From the NCBI GenBank assembly GCA_965602855.1, contig CBFCZV010000002.1, positions 25,659 to 89,658 of the forward strand: a stretch of DNA of 64,000 nt, written 5' to 3'. The DNA is from an uncultured Gammaproteobacteria bacterium. Lineage in GTDB: Bacteria; Pseudomonadota; Gammaproteobacteria; SZUA-229. Shown here piece after piece: positions 21,076-35,076 of this stretch. A model generated the notes under the pieces. That model ran no database searches, was not told the origin of the DNA, and saw only the letters and a list, made by a program, of their open reading frames with translations. Numbering within the stretch: position 1 is the first letter of the stretch; each line of letters starts with the position of its first letter. A program made the position numbers and the translations under genes.

Positions 21076-21179
21076 TCAGATATGATAAATTTTTTAATTC
21101 CCCCTGACTGCTGCTATATAAGCGTTTTCTGGTATTTGACCGCATGCTTAGGGGTAATTGTTCCAGAGAGGAAGTGTTG

Positions 21180-25246
<4,067 letters not shown>

Positions 25247-25255
25247 AGTTATGGC

Positions 25256-25420
25256 TTATTTCTTCTTAACGGTTTTCTTTTTAGTTACCGCTTTTTTCTT
25301 TGTTGCTGTTTTCTTTTTTTTGATTTTTTTCTTGGTCGTTTTCTTTTTAGGGGGCTTTTTCTTAGCTGTTTTTTTCTTTGCAGCTTTCTTTTTTCGACCT
25401 TTGCGTTCAGGCGCCTCTGC
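25256..25420. repeat. homopurine/homopyrimidine low-complexity tract (coding)
   Basis: T/C-rich on the plus strand, AAR-rich on the coding strand; encodes the Lys-rich TopA tail. Confidence 0.8.
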
Positions 25421-27697
25421 CAGTAGTTTTTCGCATTCTTCCTGGGTTAGATCCTTTGGTTCTTTGTCCTTGGGTATTTTTGCGTTTTTCTCACCGTTGG
25501 TAATGTACGGGCCATAACGTCCGTTCAATACTTCTATGTCCGTGCCTTCAAAGCTCTTGATGTATTTGTTGGCATCAAATTCTTTTTTCGCAGCGACGAG
25601 TTCCATCGCCTGTTCAAGCGTGATGTTGTAGGGGTCGATGTTCTGATCCTGATACGCCTTGTTGATGGAAACGAATTTACTATCGTATTTAACGTAAGGT
25701 CCGAAGCGACCATAATTGGTTGAGATCTTTTCGCCGTCGGGTGAATCACCCAGTTCACGTGGCAATACGAACAAGCATTCGTAGTTGTCCATAGTGATTT
25801 CGTTCATTTTCATGCCGGGTTTTAGACTGGCAAAAGCCGGTTTTTCTTCGTCGTCTTTATCACCAATCTGCACGAACGGACCATAAGGGCCCATGCGAAC
25901 GCTAATGGGTTTCTGTGTTTTAGGATCGGTGCCGATGTGGCGAGACTGTGCAACATCAGCACGGCTGACATTTTCGTCTATGTCGACACACTGTTCTTTG
26001 AACGGCGTCCAGAAATCTTTCAGTAACGGGATCCAGTCTTTTTCACCACGAGAAACGTTATCGAGTTCATCTTCGAGATTGGCGGTGAATTCGTAATCAA
26101 CATACTGCCTGAAATGTTCGGTCAAAAAACCGTTAACAATGCGGCCGATGTCGGTCGGTGTGAAGCGCCGGCTTTCGAGTTCAACGTAACCACGGTTGAC
26201 CAGTGTTGAAATAATATTGGCGTAAGTTGATGGGCGGCCGATACCAAACTCTTCCAGGGTTTTAACCAGACTGGCTTCAGAGAAGCGTGGTGGTGGCTCA
26301 GTGAAGTGCTGGCCATTTTTGATTTCCAGTAGCTTAACCTTTTCGCCTTCCGTGAGTTCGGGCAATAATTTTTCGTCATCATCCGCTTTGCTGTCATCAG
26401 CACCTTCCATGTATACAGACATGAATCCAGCGTGACGAATGGTAGAACCGTTAGCGCGGAATATATTGCCATCGCCACAGCCTAAATCAACGCGCACGGT
26501 ATCCAGTGTGGCATGAATCATCTGGCAGGCCATAGTGCGTTTCCAAATTAGTTCGTAGAGTGCGAGCTGATCTGGTTTTAAATATTGTTTTAGGTCCTCG
26601 GGTGTATGTTTAACCGAAGTCGGGCGAATTGCCTCATGCGCTTCCTGTGCATTTTTTGATTTGTTTTTGAAAAAACGAGCTTCTTCTGGCAGATTGTCTT
26701 TGCCGTAGCGGTCGTTAATCAAGCCACGAATTTCATCCAGCGCTTCACTAGCGAGCATCAACGAGTCAGTACGCATGTAGGTAATCAAACCAACGGTTTC
26801 ACCGCCGATGTTGATGCCTTCGTATAAGTTTTGCGCGGTACGCATGGTGCGTTGTGTAGTAAAACGAAGTTTACGCGCAGCTTCCTGCTGCATGGTCGAA
26901 GTGGTAAATGGAGGTGAAGGATTACGTTTACGTTGTTTCTTCTCAATCTTATTGATCGAGAGTTCACCATTTGCTGCAGCCAATAATGTATTGCGTGCTT
27001 TGGTTGCGCCTGCTTCATCAGTGATACTGAATTGCTTTATCTTTTCGTTCTCAAGTAGATTTAGTTTGCCCAGAAATTGTTGTTTGCCTTTGGCGACATC
27101 GGCTTCGATGGTCCAGTATTCCTGAGGATCAAATTCTTCTATTTCTATTTGACGTTCAACAATCAGACGCAAGGCGGGACTTTGTACGCGCCCGGCTGAT
27201 AAGCCACGTTGTACTTTTTTCCATAATAAAGGTGACAGGTTGAAACCCACCAGATAATCAAGCGCACGTCTGGCCAGATAAGCATTAACCAGATTTGTTG
27301 ATAATTCTCGTGGTGAAGCGATGGCTTCTTTAATCGCGCGTTTAGTTACCTCGTTAAAGGCAACGCGAGATACATTAATATCATCAAGTAGACCTTTTTC
27401 TTTGAGCAGTTCAAATAAATGCCATGAAATCGCTTCTCCCTCGCGATCCAAATCAGTTGCGAGATAGAGGTTGTCTGCTTTCTTTAAAAACTTGATGATT
27501 TTTTCAACGTGTTTTTCATTACGTTCAATGAGCTGATACTTCATTTCGAAGTCATGCTCAGTATCAACGGCGCCCTCTTTAGGGATGAGATCGCGGACGT
27601 GGCCATAGGAGGCGAGGACTTTAAAATCCTTGCCTAAATATTTTTCTATGGTTTTTGCTTTTGCGGGAGACTCAACAATAACAAGATTTTTGCTCAT
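25256..27697 (-). CDS. topA: DNA topoisomerase I with a lysine-rich C-terminal tail
   Basis: 813 aa; Toprim MSKNLVIVESPAKAKTI; C-terminal RFGPY-type repeats rather than E. coli-type zinc ribbons; ends in a ~50-aa K-rich tail (KKKAAKKKTAKKK...). Confidence 0.95.
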   Translation of the reverse strand: MSKNLVIVESPAKAKTIEKYLGKDFKVLASYGHVRDLIPKEGAVDTEHDFEMKYQLIERNEKHVEKIIKFLKKADNLYLATDLDREGEAISWHLFELLKEKGLLDDINVSRVAFNEVTKRAIKEAIASPRELSTNLVNAYLARRALDYLVGFNLSPLLWKKVQRGLSAGRVQSPALRLIVERQIEIEEFDPQEYWTIEADVAKGKQQFLGKLNLLENEKIKQFSITDEAGATKARNTLLAAANGELSINKIEKKQRKRNPSPPFTTSTMQQEAARKLRFTTQRTMRTAQNLYEGINIGGETVGLITYMRTDSLMLASEALDEIRGLINDRYGKDNLPEEARFFKNKSKNAQEAHEAIRPTSVKHTPEDLKQYLKPDQLALYELIWKRTMACQMIHATLDTVRVDLGCGDGNIFRANGSTIRHAGFMSVYMEGADDSKADDDEKLLPELTEGEKVKLLEIKNGQHFTEPPPRFSEASLVKTLEEFGIGRPSTYANIISTLVNRGYVELESRRFTPTDIGRIVNGFLTEHFRQYVDYEFTANLEDELDNVSRGEKDWIPLLKDFWTPFKEQCVDIDENVSRADVAQSRHIGTDPKTQKPISVRMGPYGPFVQIGDKDDEEKPAFASLKPGMKMNEITMDNYECLFVLPRELGDSPDGEKISTNYGRFGPYVKYDSKFVSINKAYQDQNIDPYNITLEQAMELVAAKKEFDANKYIKSFEGTDIEVLNGRYGPYITNGEKNAKIPKDKEPKDLTQEECEKLLAEAPERKGRKKKAAKKKTAKKKPPKKKTTKKKIKKKKTATKKKAVTKKKTVKKK

Positions 27698-27736
27698 TTG
27701 GGGGGCTACACAGTTGGTTGATTAGAGATGCAGGAA

Positions 27737-28216
27737 TTACTGAATAAAGTCGACAACTTCATTGAAAACTAAACCTTCCATCCAGGCAAAGGCATTTTCT
27801 TCACCGGGGTGAGTATGAAGTACGATCATAACAATCCATTTAAGTTGTTCGATATCCAGTGGGTGTTCAAGCGCCATGATACGGTCTAGCACCAGTTCAC
27901 GAGTTACTGGTGTGAGAATATCGGACTGCTCAAGATACATGAGAAAACCAATAGATTCATCATCAAGAATGTTTTTTTCAAAGTCGCTAAAAATACGAAT
28001 GCTATTCGTATTAGCGGGTATGTGATCCTGACCCTCACGAAGAGTTGCCAGATCTTCCAGCCAGTTAAAGGCCTGATCGATTTCCTGATGCTGAAAACCA
28101 ACCTCTTCCAGTCTGATTTGTATGTCGTTGCGCTCGTCTATATTCTCATTGTCTTCACCGAGATATTCTTCAAAGAGAAACATCAGTACATCGACGACGG
28201 ATTGTTTAATCAACAT
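27737..28216 (-). CDS. smg: Smg protein (DUF494)
   Basis: 159 aa; position between dprA and topA as in E. coli smf-smg. Confidence 0.8.
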   Translation of the reverse strand: MLIKQSVVDVLMFLFEEYLGEDNENIDERNDIQIRLEEVGFQHQEIDQAFNWLEDLATLREGQDHIPANTNSIRIFSDFEKNILDDESIGFLMYLEQSDILTPVTRELVLDRIMALEHPLDIEQLKWIVMIVLHTHPGEENAFAWMEGLVFNEVVDFIQ

Positions 28217-28261
28217 GATTTTCTATATATCCACTTGTTATAGAGTGTGATTCAGCAGGTG

Positions 28262-29362
28262 CTATTGTACACGCGTATACCTGCCGCCTTCATTCACAAC
28301 GCTGCCCTCAAGTTCCATAATTAACAACATGGAAGCGACTTCGGCAGCCGAAAAACCGCTGCAATCGACGAGTTCATCAATGGCAGTGGCTTCATATTGC
28401 AGGCATTTGAGCAGTTTTTGGTGATCGGGGTCAAGTGTCTGCTCATTTTTCTCACTATTTAGTGGTTCTGCCGAGGGTGTAATCTCTGTTGGTAGGTGGG
28501 GTCGCAACTCTTCAATGATGTCTTCAGCGGTCTCGACCAGCTTGGCGCCCTGACGTATCAATTGGTGGCAGCCACGGGATAAGGGGTTGTGGATGGAGCC
28601 GGGGATGGCAAAGACTTCTCGGTTTTGTTCCAGTGCGTGTTTGGCGGTAATCAGGGAGCCGCTTTTGAGAGCGGCCTCAACCACCAGTGTGCCCAGTGAC
28701 AGGCCGCTGATAATGCGATTCCGTCTAGGGAACAGGCCCTTATGAGGTTCGGTGCCAATAGGAACTTCAGAGACCACTGCGCCGTGGTTGGCAATTTCTT
28801 CAGCCAGGGCGCGATGGACGGCAGGGTAGACGATATCCAGTCCATGGGCGACCAGCGCGACTGTGCTGGCAATTCCCTGTAAAGCACCCTGATGACTAGC
28901 GCCATCAATACCGCGTGCCAGCCCGCTGGTAATGGTGATGCCTGAGTTGGAAAGGTGTTTGGCAAAATCGCTGGCGGTTCTTTTTCCAGCGGCGGTAGGG
29001 TTACGGCTACCTACCATGGCTAATTGTGGCTGGCGCAGGTAATCGGGGTCGCCACGCACAAACAGCACGGGCGGTGGCTGGCTGATGGATTTTAGTTGCT
29101 GTGGGTATCGTGGATCGAGCAGGGTAATGATGTGGTGATTATCTGAAGATTCGGCCCATTCGATGTCGGTTTGTACAGCATCGAGGTCGGGTTGCTGAAT
29201 GGCGGTAATCGTTTGTTTATTGAAGCCCAGATCGGACAGCTTTGAGCTGTTGGTGGCCAGAATTTTTTCAGGTAGCCCGAATGTGCTCAGCAGTTTGTGA
29301 ACGCCTGCAACGCCGAGTCCAGTGGCGTGAAGTAAGATAAGCCAGTTTTTGACATTATTCAT
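28262..29362 (-). CDS. dprA: DNA-processing protein A
   Basis: 366 aa; Rossmann-like region GxDxxxHxGAL...IVSGLARGID. Confidence 0.9.
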   Translation of the reverse strand: MNNVKNWLILLHATGLGVAGVHKLLSTFGLPEKILATNSSKLSDLGFNKQTITAIQQPDLDAVQTDIEWAESSDNHHIITLLDPRYPQQLKSISQPPPVLFVRGDPDYLRQPQLAMVGSRNPTAAGKRTASDFAKHLSNSGITITSGLARGIDGASHQGALQGIASTVALVAHGLDIVYPAVHRALAEEIANHGAVVSEVPIGTEPHKGLFPRRNRIISGLSLGTLVVEAALKSGSLITAKHALEQNREVFAIPGSIHNPLSRGCHQLIRQGAKLVETAEDIIEELRPHLPTEITPSAEPLNSEKNEQTLDPDHQKLLKCLQYEATAIDELVDCSGFSAAEVASMLLIMELEGSVVNEGGRYTRVQ

Positions 29363-29392
29363 CCCTGAAAAAATGTTCCGCTATATATCTGG

Positions 29393-30634
29393 CTATTGCG
29401 GTGTGACAACAGTGTCGTGATTATTGATAACGAGGGTCGATTCTAAAATCAGGCCATAACTTACCTTGTCAAAAGTGCGGAAAATCATCATTAAACCACT
29501 GCGTTTTTCTGGTAGCTTAACCTTACCGCGCTTTCTAGGATCAAAGTGATCTTTAACCATTTCTCCTGATGATTGGGTTTCAAGTAAGTGACCGACTTGA
29601 AGGCCATTGCGGTTACCGCGGTTAATAACAGCAATCTGGTATTTAGCAATGCCGAACAGAGCGTCGGATAGAGAAATAATCTGTCCTTTTACATCATGAT
29701 CAGGTGTTCGAGGATAATACAGGTTATTTATCTTACTTTTATCAACAGGCAATAAACGGTCGCCTATTAGTACTTCGCGCTCGGTGAAAGTGAGTTGTGC
29801 AGTAGCTGGGTCGTCATATTTTTTAATATGAGCTTCGCCTGCATAAATAGCCTCAAAGCCAAAAATTTCGTCAGTTTCAGGATCAACGAGTTCATCGCCA
29901 GGGCGGAAGACAGTAAAGCGAACGCGTTCTTTGTCCAGTTCACCACGAACATAAATGGTATTGTCCTGACCCATAATTAAATGATTGTCATCACTAGCTA
30001 TAATATAGGGTGCATTTTCCAGTTCCTCTTTGGTGACTACACGAGGTTTGGTCAGAAATTGACGTATGGCATCGCCTGGAATAGTGACAACACTAGCATC
30101 TAAGCCCTGTTTACGGATGGTAGGGCTGAGTTTTACTATGCGTAAATATTTTTCATCTCTTTCTACGGTGCGTGCAGTGTGAGTTACTTTTTGCTGAGCG
30201 GTTCCCTCAACCACAATTTGTGGCTGTCCATCGATGTAGATAAGTGTCAATACATCACCAGGGTAAATTAGATGTGGATTTTCAACCTGACGGTTTTTGT
30301 GCCAGATTTCGGGCCAGAACCAGGGGTCTCTCAGGAATTGACTGGAAATATCCCATAAAGTATCGCCTTTTTTTACTGTGTATTGGCGTGGATGGCTTTG
30401 TTTTACGCGAATAGTGCTGTGCTTCTGATCGCTATTTTCGGTTTCTTCTGACAAGGGTTCCTGCTGATTTTCTGTAATAATATCAGGATCTTGCTGGGTA
30501 AGATCTTGTTCGGTACTGATCTGAGAGTGATCAGGTTTGCGTTTAGCCGGGAATGAACAGGCAGATACGCCTGCAACCAGTAAACAGGTTACAATTAGAC
30601 GCAGGTATTTGGTAAAGATGGTGGGTGTGTTCAT
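29393..30634 (-). CDS. LysM-domain periplasmic or lipoprotein protein (TsaP-like by synteny)
   Basis: 413 aa; signal peptide with possible lipobox VSAC; LysM motif YTVKKGDTLWDISSQF...YPGDVLTL; sits between dprA and def, as does the LysM protein of Pseudomonas. Confidence 0.6.
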   Translation of the reverse strand: MNTPTIFTKYLRLIVTCLLVAGVSACSFPAKRKPDHSQISTEQDLTQQDPDIITENQQEPLSEETENSDQKHSTIRVKQSHPRQYTVKKGDTLWDISSQFLRDPWFWPEIWHKNRQVENPHLIYPGDVLTLIYIDGQPQIVVEGTAQQKVTHTARTVERDEKYLRIVKLSPTIRKQGLDASVVTIPGDAIRQFLTKPRVVTKEELENAPYIIASDDNHLIMGQDNTIYVRGELDKERVRFTVFRPGDELVDPETDEIFGFEAIYAGEAHIKKYDDPATAQLTFTEREVLIGDRLLPVDKSKINNLYYPRTPDHDVKGQIISLSDALFGIAKYQIAVINRGNRNGLQVGHLLETQSSGEMVKDHFDPRKRGKVKLPEKRSGLMMIFRTFDKVSYGLILESTLVINNHDTVVTPQ

Positions 30635-30773
30635 TGTTGTTTTATGCCCCAGTATTTTCCCTGAAATTATCCGTTGTTATCAACAGTTTAGCTGATAAAC
30701 TTCGATTTATTAAGTAAGTTTGCAAAGATTTTAGCAGAAATCCCGAAACTAGCTCTTATCTGAAGAAATTAAT

Positions 30774-31286
30774 ATGGCACAACTCGAAATATTGCATTAC
30801 CCGGATGACCGTTTGCGTAAGCAGGCGAAACCGGTTGAAAAATTTGATAGTGAAATCCTAAAGCTGGTCGATGATATGTTTGAAACCATGTATGAGGCTC
30901 CGGGTATTGGTCTGGCCGCGACGCAGGTGAATGTTCATCAGCAGGTGATTGTGATTGATATCAGTCCAGAGAAAGATCAGCCGCTGTGCTTGATTAATCC
31001 TGAGATTATAGAAAGCAGTGGTGAAGAGATCTCCGCTGAAGAAGGCTGCCTTTCGGTGCCGGATATTTACGATAAGGTGCAGCGAGACGAGCGTGTTACC
31101 GTTAAAGCCTTCGACCAGCATGGTAAAGAATTCACCTTGCAGGCGGCTGAATTACTGGCGGTTTGTATTCAGCACGAAATGGATCATCTTCAGGGCAAGT
31201 TGTTCGTTGATTATCTGTCGCCGCTCAAGCAGCAAAGATACAGAAAAAAACTTGAGAAGAATCGCCGACTCAATGTGACGGTTTAA
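30774..31286 (+). CDS. def: peptide deformylase
   Basis: 170 aa; motifs GLAATQV, EGCLS, HEMDHL. Confidence 0.95.
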   Translation: MAQLEILHYPDDRLRKQAKPVEKFDSEILKLVDDMFETMYEAPGIGLAATQVNVHQQVIVIDISPEKDQPLCLINPEIIESSGEEISAEEGCLSVPDIYDKVQRDERVTVKAFDQHGKEFTLQAAELLAVCIQHEMDHLQGKLFVDYLSPLKQQRYRKKLEKNRRLNVTV

Positions 31287-31291
31287 TTACT

Positions 31292-32248
31292 GTGACAGGT
31301 TCTATTCGAATTATTTATGCAGGAACACCGGACTTTGCCGTTGCGCCGTTAGTCGCGCTAATTGATGCGGGTTATAACGTAGTTGCGGTTTACACCCAGC
31401 CAGACCGCCCCGCTGGGCGAGGTCGTGAGCCAAGGCCTTCACCGATTAAACAAAAAGCACTTGAGCACACTATTCCTGTATTTCAGCCCGAAACGCTGAA
31501 ATCTGAAGATGACCAAAAAGCGTTAAGTGATTTAAATTCTGATCTGATGATCGTTACCGCCTATGGCCTACTGTTGCCCAAAGCCGTGCTCGATATGCCG
31601 CGTTTGGGTTGTATTAATGTGCATGCTTCCCTGTTGCCGCGATGGCGTGGTGCTGCGCCGATTCAACGGGCAATTCTGGCGGGTGATAAACAGACCGGTA
31701 TTACCATTATGCAAATGGATGAAGGACTGGATACGGGTGACATGCTGGCAGAGCAGATCTGTGATATCCGACATGATGATACTGGTTCAAATCTGCACGA
31801 TCGTCTAATGGCAATGGGAGCAGACATTTTATTAGAAATGCTGCCCGATTTTATCGAAGGTAAAATTACGCCGCAGAAACAGGATGATACGCAGGCGAAC
31901 TACGCCAGCAAGCTGAGTAAACAGGAAGCTGAAATCAACTGGTCATTATCGGCGGAACAAATTCACCGTAGCGTACTTGCCTACAATGCCTGGCCAGTGG
32001 CGTTTACGCACTGGCAGAAAAAGAACAAACAGGATGTATTGCGCGTCTGGCAGTCTAAAGTGCTGGATCAGTCTTCGACAAAAATGGCGGGTACGGTTTT
32101 AAGCTGTGGTAAAGAAGGCGTCGATGTAGCGACTGGTGAAGGTGTGCTGTGTTTATTGCAGGTACAGCCATCAGGTAAGAAAGCTATGGCTGCTTCGGAC
32201 TTTGCCAATGCGCATCATCTTGATGGCCAAGTACTGGGCAGGGAGTAA
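31292..32248 (+). CDS. fmt: methionyl-tRNA formyltransferase
   Basis: 318 aa; IIYAGTPDFAV N-terminus; HASLLPRWRGAAPI. Confidence 0.95.
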   Translation: MTGSIRIIYAGTPDFAVAPLVALIDAGYNVVAVYTQPDRPAGRGREPRPSPIKQKALEHTIPVFQPETLKSEDDQKALSDLNSDLMIVTAYGLLLPKAVLDMPRLGCINVHASLLPRWRGAAPIQRAILAGDKQTGITIMQMDEGLDTGDMLAEQICDIRHDDTGSNLHDRLMAMGADILLEMLPDFIEGKITPQKQDDTQANYASKLSKQEAEINWSLSAEQIHRSVLAYNAWPVAFTHWQKKNKQDVLRVWQSKVLDQSSTKMAGTVLSCGKEGVDVATGEGVLCLLQVQPSGKKAMAASDFANAHHLDGQVLGRE

Positions 32249-32316
32249 GGCGTATCGCCAGACAAAATAAAAAACAACAGAAGCCCGTTTCTGCCAGACA
32301 GGTTGCACTAGAAATA

Positions 32317-33591
32317 TTGCAGCAGGTTTTAATAAAAGGTCGTTCTCTAGTCGTCGCTAAATCAGCAGCAGACGTTTTAGAAAGCCGTGATCGTGGATTG
32401 GCGATGGAATTGGTTAACGGTGTTTTGCGTTGGCACTGGAAACTCAATTTTTTACTCAATCAATTCTTAAAAAAACCGTTACGCAATAAAGATCACGATG
32501 TAAAACTTTTGCTGCTGATGGCTTTGTACGAGCTGGTCGAGCTAAACACGCCGGATTATGCGGTGGTCAATGAAGCGGTCAGTGCGAGCAAGGTGCTGGG
32601 AAAGCAATGGGCGAAAGCCATGATCAACGGCGTGTTGCGTAACTTTATCCGTGACCAGGAAACTGTCCTGAAAAAAATGGAATCGAATCAGGAGGCGTAT
32701 TATTCACATCCTTACTGGTTGATTGCTTTATTAAAGAAAGACTGGCCAGATCGCTGGCAGGCAATTTTGGATGCCAATAATCAACGCCCGCCTTTATGGT
32801 TACGAGTAAATGCGGCACAAAATAAAACCGAAGCTTATAAATCCTTGCTAGAAGAACAGGGCTTACCTTCATCGCAGCATTCTTCTGCATTACAGGCTTT
32901 AAAACTGGAGCAGGGTGTAGATGTAACTTGTTTGCCAGGCTTTGCTCAGGGCACAGTTTCGGTGCAGGATGCCGGTGCTCAGTTTGCAGCAGCATTACTT
33001 GATGTTCAAAAAGGTCAACGTGTGCTGGACTTATGCGCAGCACCGGGTGGTAAAACCTGCCATGTGCTTGAGCTTGAAAAAGAAATTGAAATGATTGCGG
33101 TTGAACTCGAAGAAAAACGTATGTCTCGGGTTAAAGAAAACCTGAGCCGTTTAAATTTAGAAGCAGAGTTAATCGTCGCCGATGCCAGTGAGGACTCATG
33201 GTGGGATGGAAAGCAATTTGATCGCATCATGGTAGATGCGCCCTGTTCTTCTACTGGTGTAATTCGTCGTCATCCAGATATAAAAGTGCTGCGTTGGGAA
33301 GAAGACATAAAATCATTAGCTGAGATTCAGCAGAAAATTCTTCAACAGGCCTGGCAGATGCTGGCACCTGGCGGCAGACTTTTATACGTCACTTGCTCGG
33401 TGCTACGTCAGGAAAATGAAGCACAGATTGCCAACCTGTTAGCAACGCAAAACAATGTTGTTGAGCTGGATCTAATCGAAGAAGGTTCAAGTGAATGGGG
33501 GGTTGCCTGCAAACACGGTCGCCAGTTATTACCGGGTGAGCATGATACCGATGGCTTCTATTTTTGTGCTCTGAGCAAGTCTGAATCTTAA
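32317..33591 (+). CDS. rsmB: 16S rRNA (cytosine967-C5)-methyltransferase
   Basis: NusB-like N-terminal domain plus SAM MTase (DLCAAPGGKT, DAPCSSTG). The ORF track start is TTG 32317, but homology to E. coli RsmB extends upstream to about 32254 where no canonical start codon exists. Confidence 0.85.
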   Translation: MQQVLIKGRSLVVAKSAADVLESRDRGLAMELVNGVLRWHWKLNFLLNQFLKKPLRNKDHDVKLLLLMALYELVELNTPDYAVVNEAVSASKVLGKQWAKAMINGVLRNFIRDQETVLKKMESNQEAYYSHPYWLIALLKKDWPDRWQAILDANNQRPPLWLRVNAAQNKTEAYKSLLEEQGLPSSQHSSALQALKLEQGVDVTCLPGFAQGTVSVQDAGAQFAAALLDVQKGQRVLDLCAAPGGKTCHVLELEKEIEMIAVELEEKRMSRVKENLSRLNLEAELIVADASEDSWWDGKQFDRIMVDAPCSSTGVIRRHPDIKVLRWEEDIKSLAEIQQKILQQAWQMLAPGGRLLYVTCSVLRQENEAQIANLLATQNNVVELDLIEEGSSEWGVACKHGRQLLPGEHDTDGFYFCALSKSES

Positions 33592-33690
33592 TAGGCTGTA
33601 TTTCTGTATGGAAGGGCGTAAACTTCGCGCCATACAGGGCTTGAAGTTTGTTTGAGCATTTAATTCGGTTTTTTTGCGTGAAATAAGATC

Positions 33691-35067
33691 ATGAATATTC
33701 TGATACTGGGAGCAGGGCAGGTTGGTTCATCGGTAGCCGCTAATCTGGCTTCTGAAGCCAACGATATTACGCTGGTTGATTCCAAAACTGAGTTGCTGGA
33801 TGACTTGCGTGATCGTCTGGATATCCAGACCGTTACCGGCCATGCCTCTAATCCACGGGTGCTGGTGCAGGCTGGCATTGAAGATGCTGATATGTTGATC
33901 GCTGTGACCAATAGCGATGAAACTAATATGATGGCCTGTCAGGTTGCTCATACTTTATTCCATACGCCCACAAAAATCGCACGAGTTCGTTCTGCCTCAT
34001 ATTTAAGTCATCGTGAGTTGTTCGGCAATGAGGCGGTGCCGGTGGATGTGCTGATTAGTCCTGAACAAATCATTTCCAGTTACGTACACCGTTTAATTGA
34101 ATACCCTGGTGCTTTGCAGGTACTGAACTTTGCGGATGGCAAGGTGCAGCTAGTGGGTATTAAGGCTTATTATGGTGGCCCTCTTGTTGGTCATGCGATT
34201 AGTACATTGCGTGAGCATGTGCCGAATGTTGATACCCGTGTGGCAGCGATTTATCGGCGTGGCAAGGGAATTGTGCCCAAGGGTGATCGTGTTATTGAAG
34301 CGGATGATGAGGTTTTCTTCATTGCAGCGCGTAAAGACATTCGCACGGTCATGTCTGAATTGCGCAGGATGGAGAATCCTTTCAAAAGAATCATGCTCGC
34401 TGGCGGTGGCAATATTGGCATGCGTCTGGCACAGGCGCTGGAAGGTCAGTATCAGGTTAAATTGCTGGAGCACAGCAAAAATCGTGCACAATTTTTGAGT
34501 CGGGAATTGAACTCATCAATCGTGTTGTTGGGCGATTCTGCGGATAAGGACTTATTGCTGGAAGAAAACATTGATCAGATGGATGTGTTCTGTGCGCTAA
34601 CCAATGATGATGAAGCCAATATACTTTCTTCCATGCTGGCAAAAGAACTAGGCGCGAGAAAAGTGATGTCGTTGATCAATCGTCCTGCTTATGTTGATTT
34701 AATCGAGAACCAGGAATCAATCGATGTAGCAATTTCTCCGCAGCAGGTGACTATTGGTGCATTGCTGACGCACGTGCGTCGTGGTGACGTGGTGGCTGTT
34801 CATGCTTTGCGTCGTGGTGCGGCAGAGGCGATTGAAGCGGTTGCACATGGTGACAGTAAAACTTCAAAAGTGGTTGGTCGTCAGGTTGATCAAATTGAGT
34901 TGCCCGAAGGTGCAACCATTGGTGCAATCGTTCGTGGTGATGAGGTAATAATGGCACACCATGATGTTGTTATTCAGGCTGAAGATCATTTGATCATGTT
35001 TTTGCTGGACAAGAAAAAAATCCATGAAGTTGAAAAACTTTTCCAGGTTGCTGTGACCTTTATCTAA
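33691..35067 (+). CDS. trkA: Trk potassium uptake NAD-binding protein
   Basis: 458 aa; two RCK/TrkA-N domains; [12 protein letters not shown]. Confidence 0.95.
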   Translation: MNILILGAGQVGSSVAANLASEANDITLVDSKTELLDDLRDRLDIQTVTGHASNPRVLVQAGIEDADMLIAVTNSDETNMMACQVAHTLFHTPTKIARVRSASYLSHRELFGNEAVPVDVLISPEQIISSYVHRLIEYPGALQVLNFADGKVQLVGIKAYYGGPLVGHAISTLREHVPNVDTRVAAIYRRGKGIVPKGDRVIEADDEVFFIAARKDIRTVMSELRRMENPFKRIMLAGGGNIGMRLAQALEGQYQVKLLEHSKNRAQFLSRELNSSIVLLGDSADKDLLLEENIDQMDVFCALTNDDEANILSSMLAKELGARKVMSLINRPAYVDLIENQESIDVAISPQQVTIGALLTHVRRGDVVAVHALRRGAAEAIEAVAHGDSKTSKVVGRQVDQIELPEGATIGAIVRGDEVIMAHHDVVIQAEDHLIMFLLDKKKIHEVEKLFQVAVTFI

Positions 35068-35076
35068 ATAGTTATT

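Noticed and set aside
33608-33645. Hairpin CTGTATGG...CCATACAG between rsmB and trkA
   Set aside because: No U-run follows. It could be an RNA processing or attenuation element but the evidence is insufficient.
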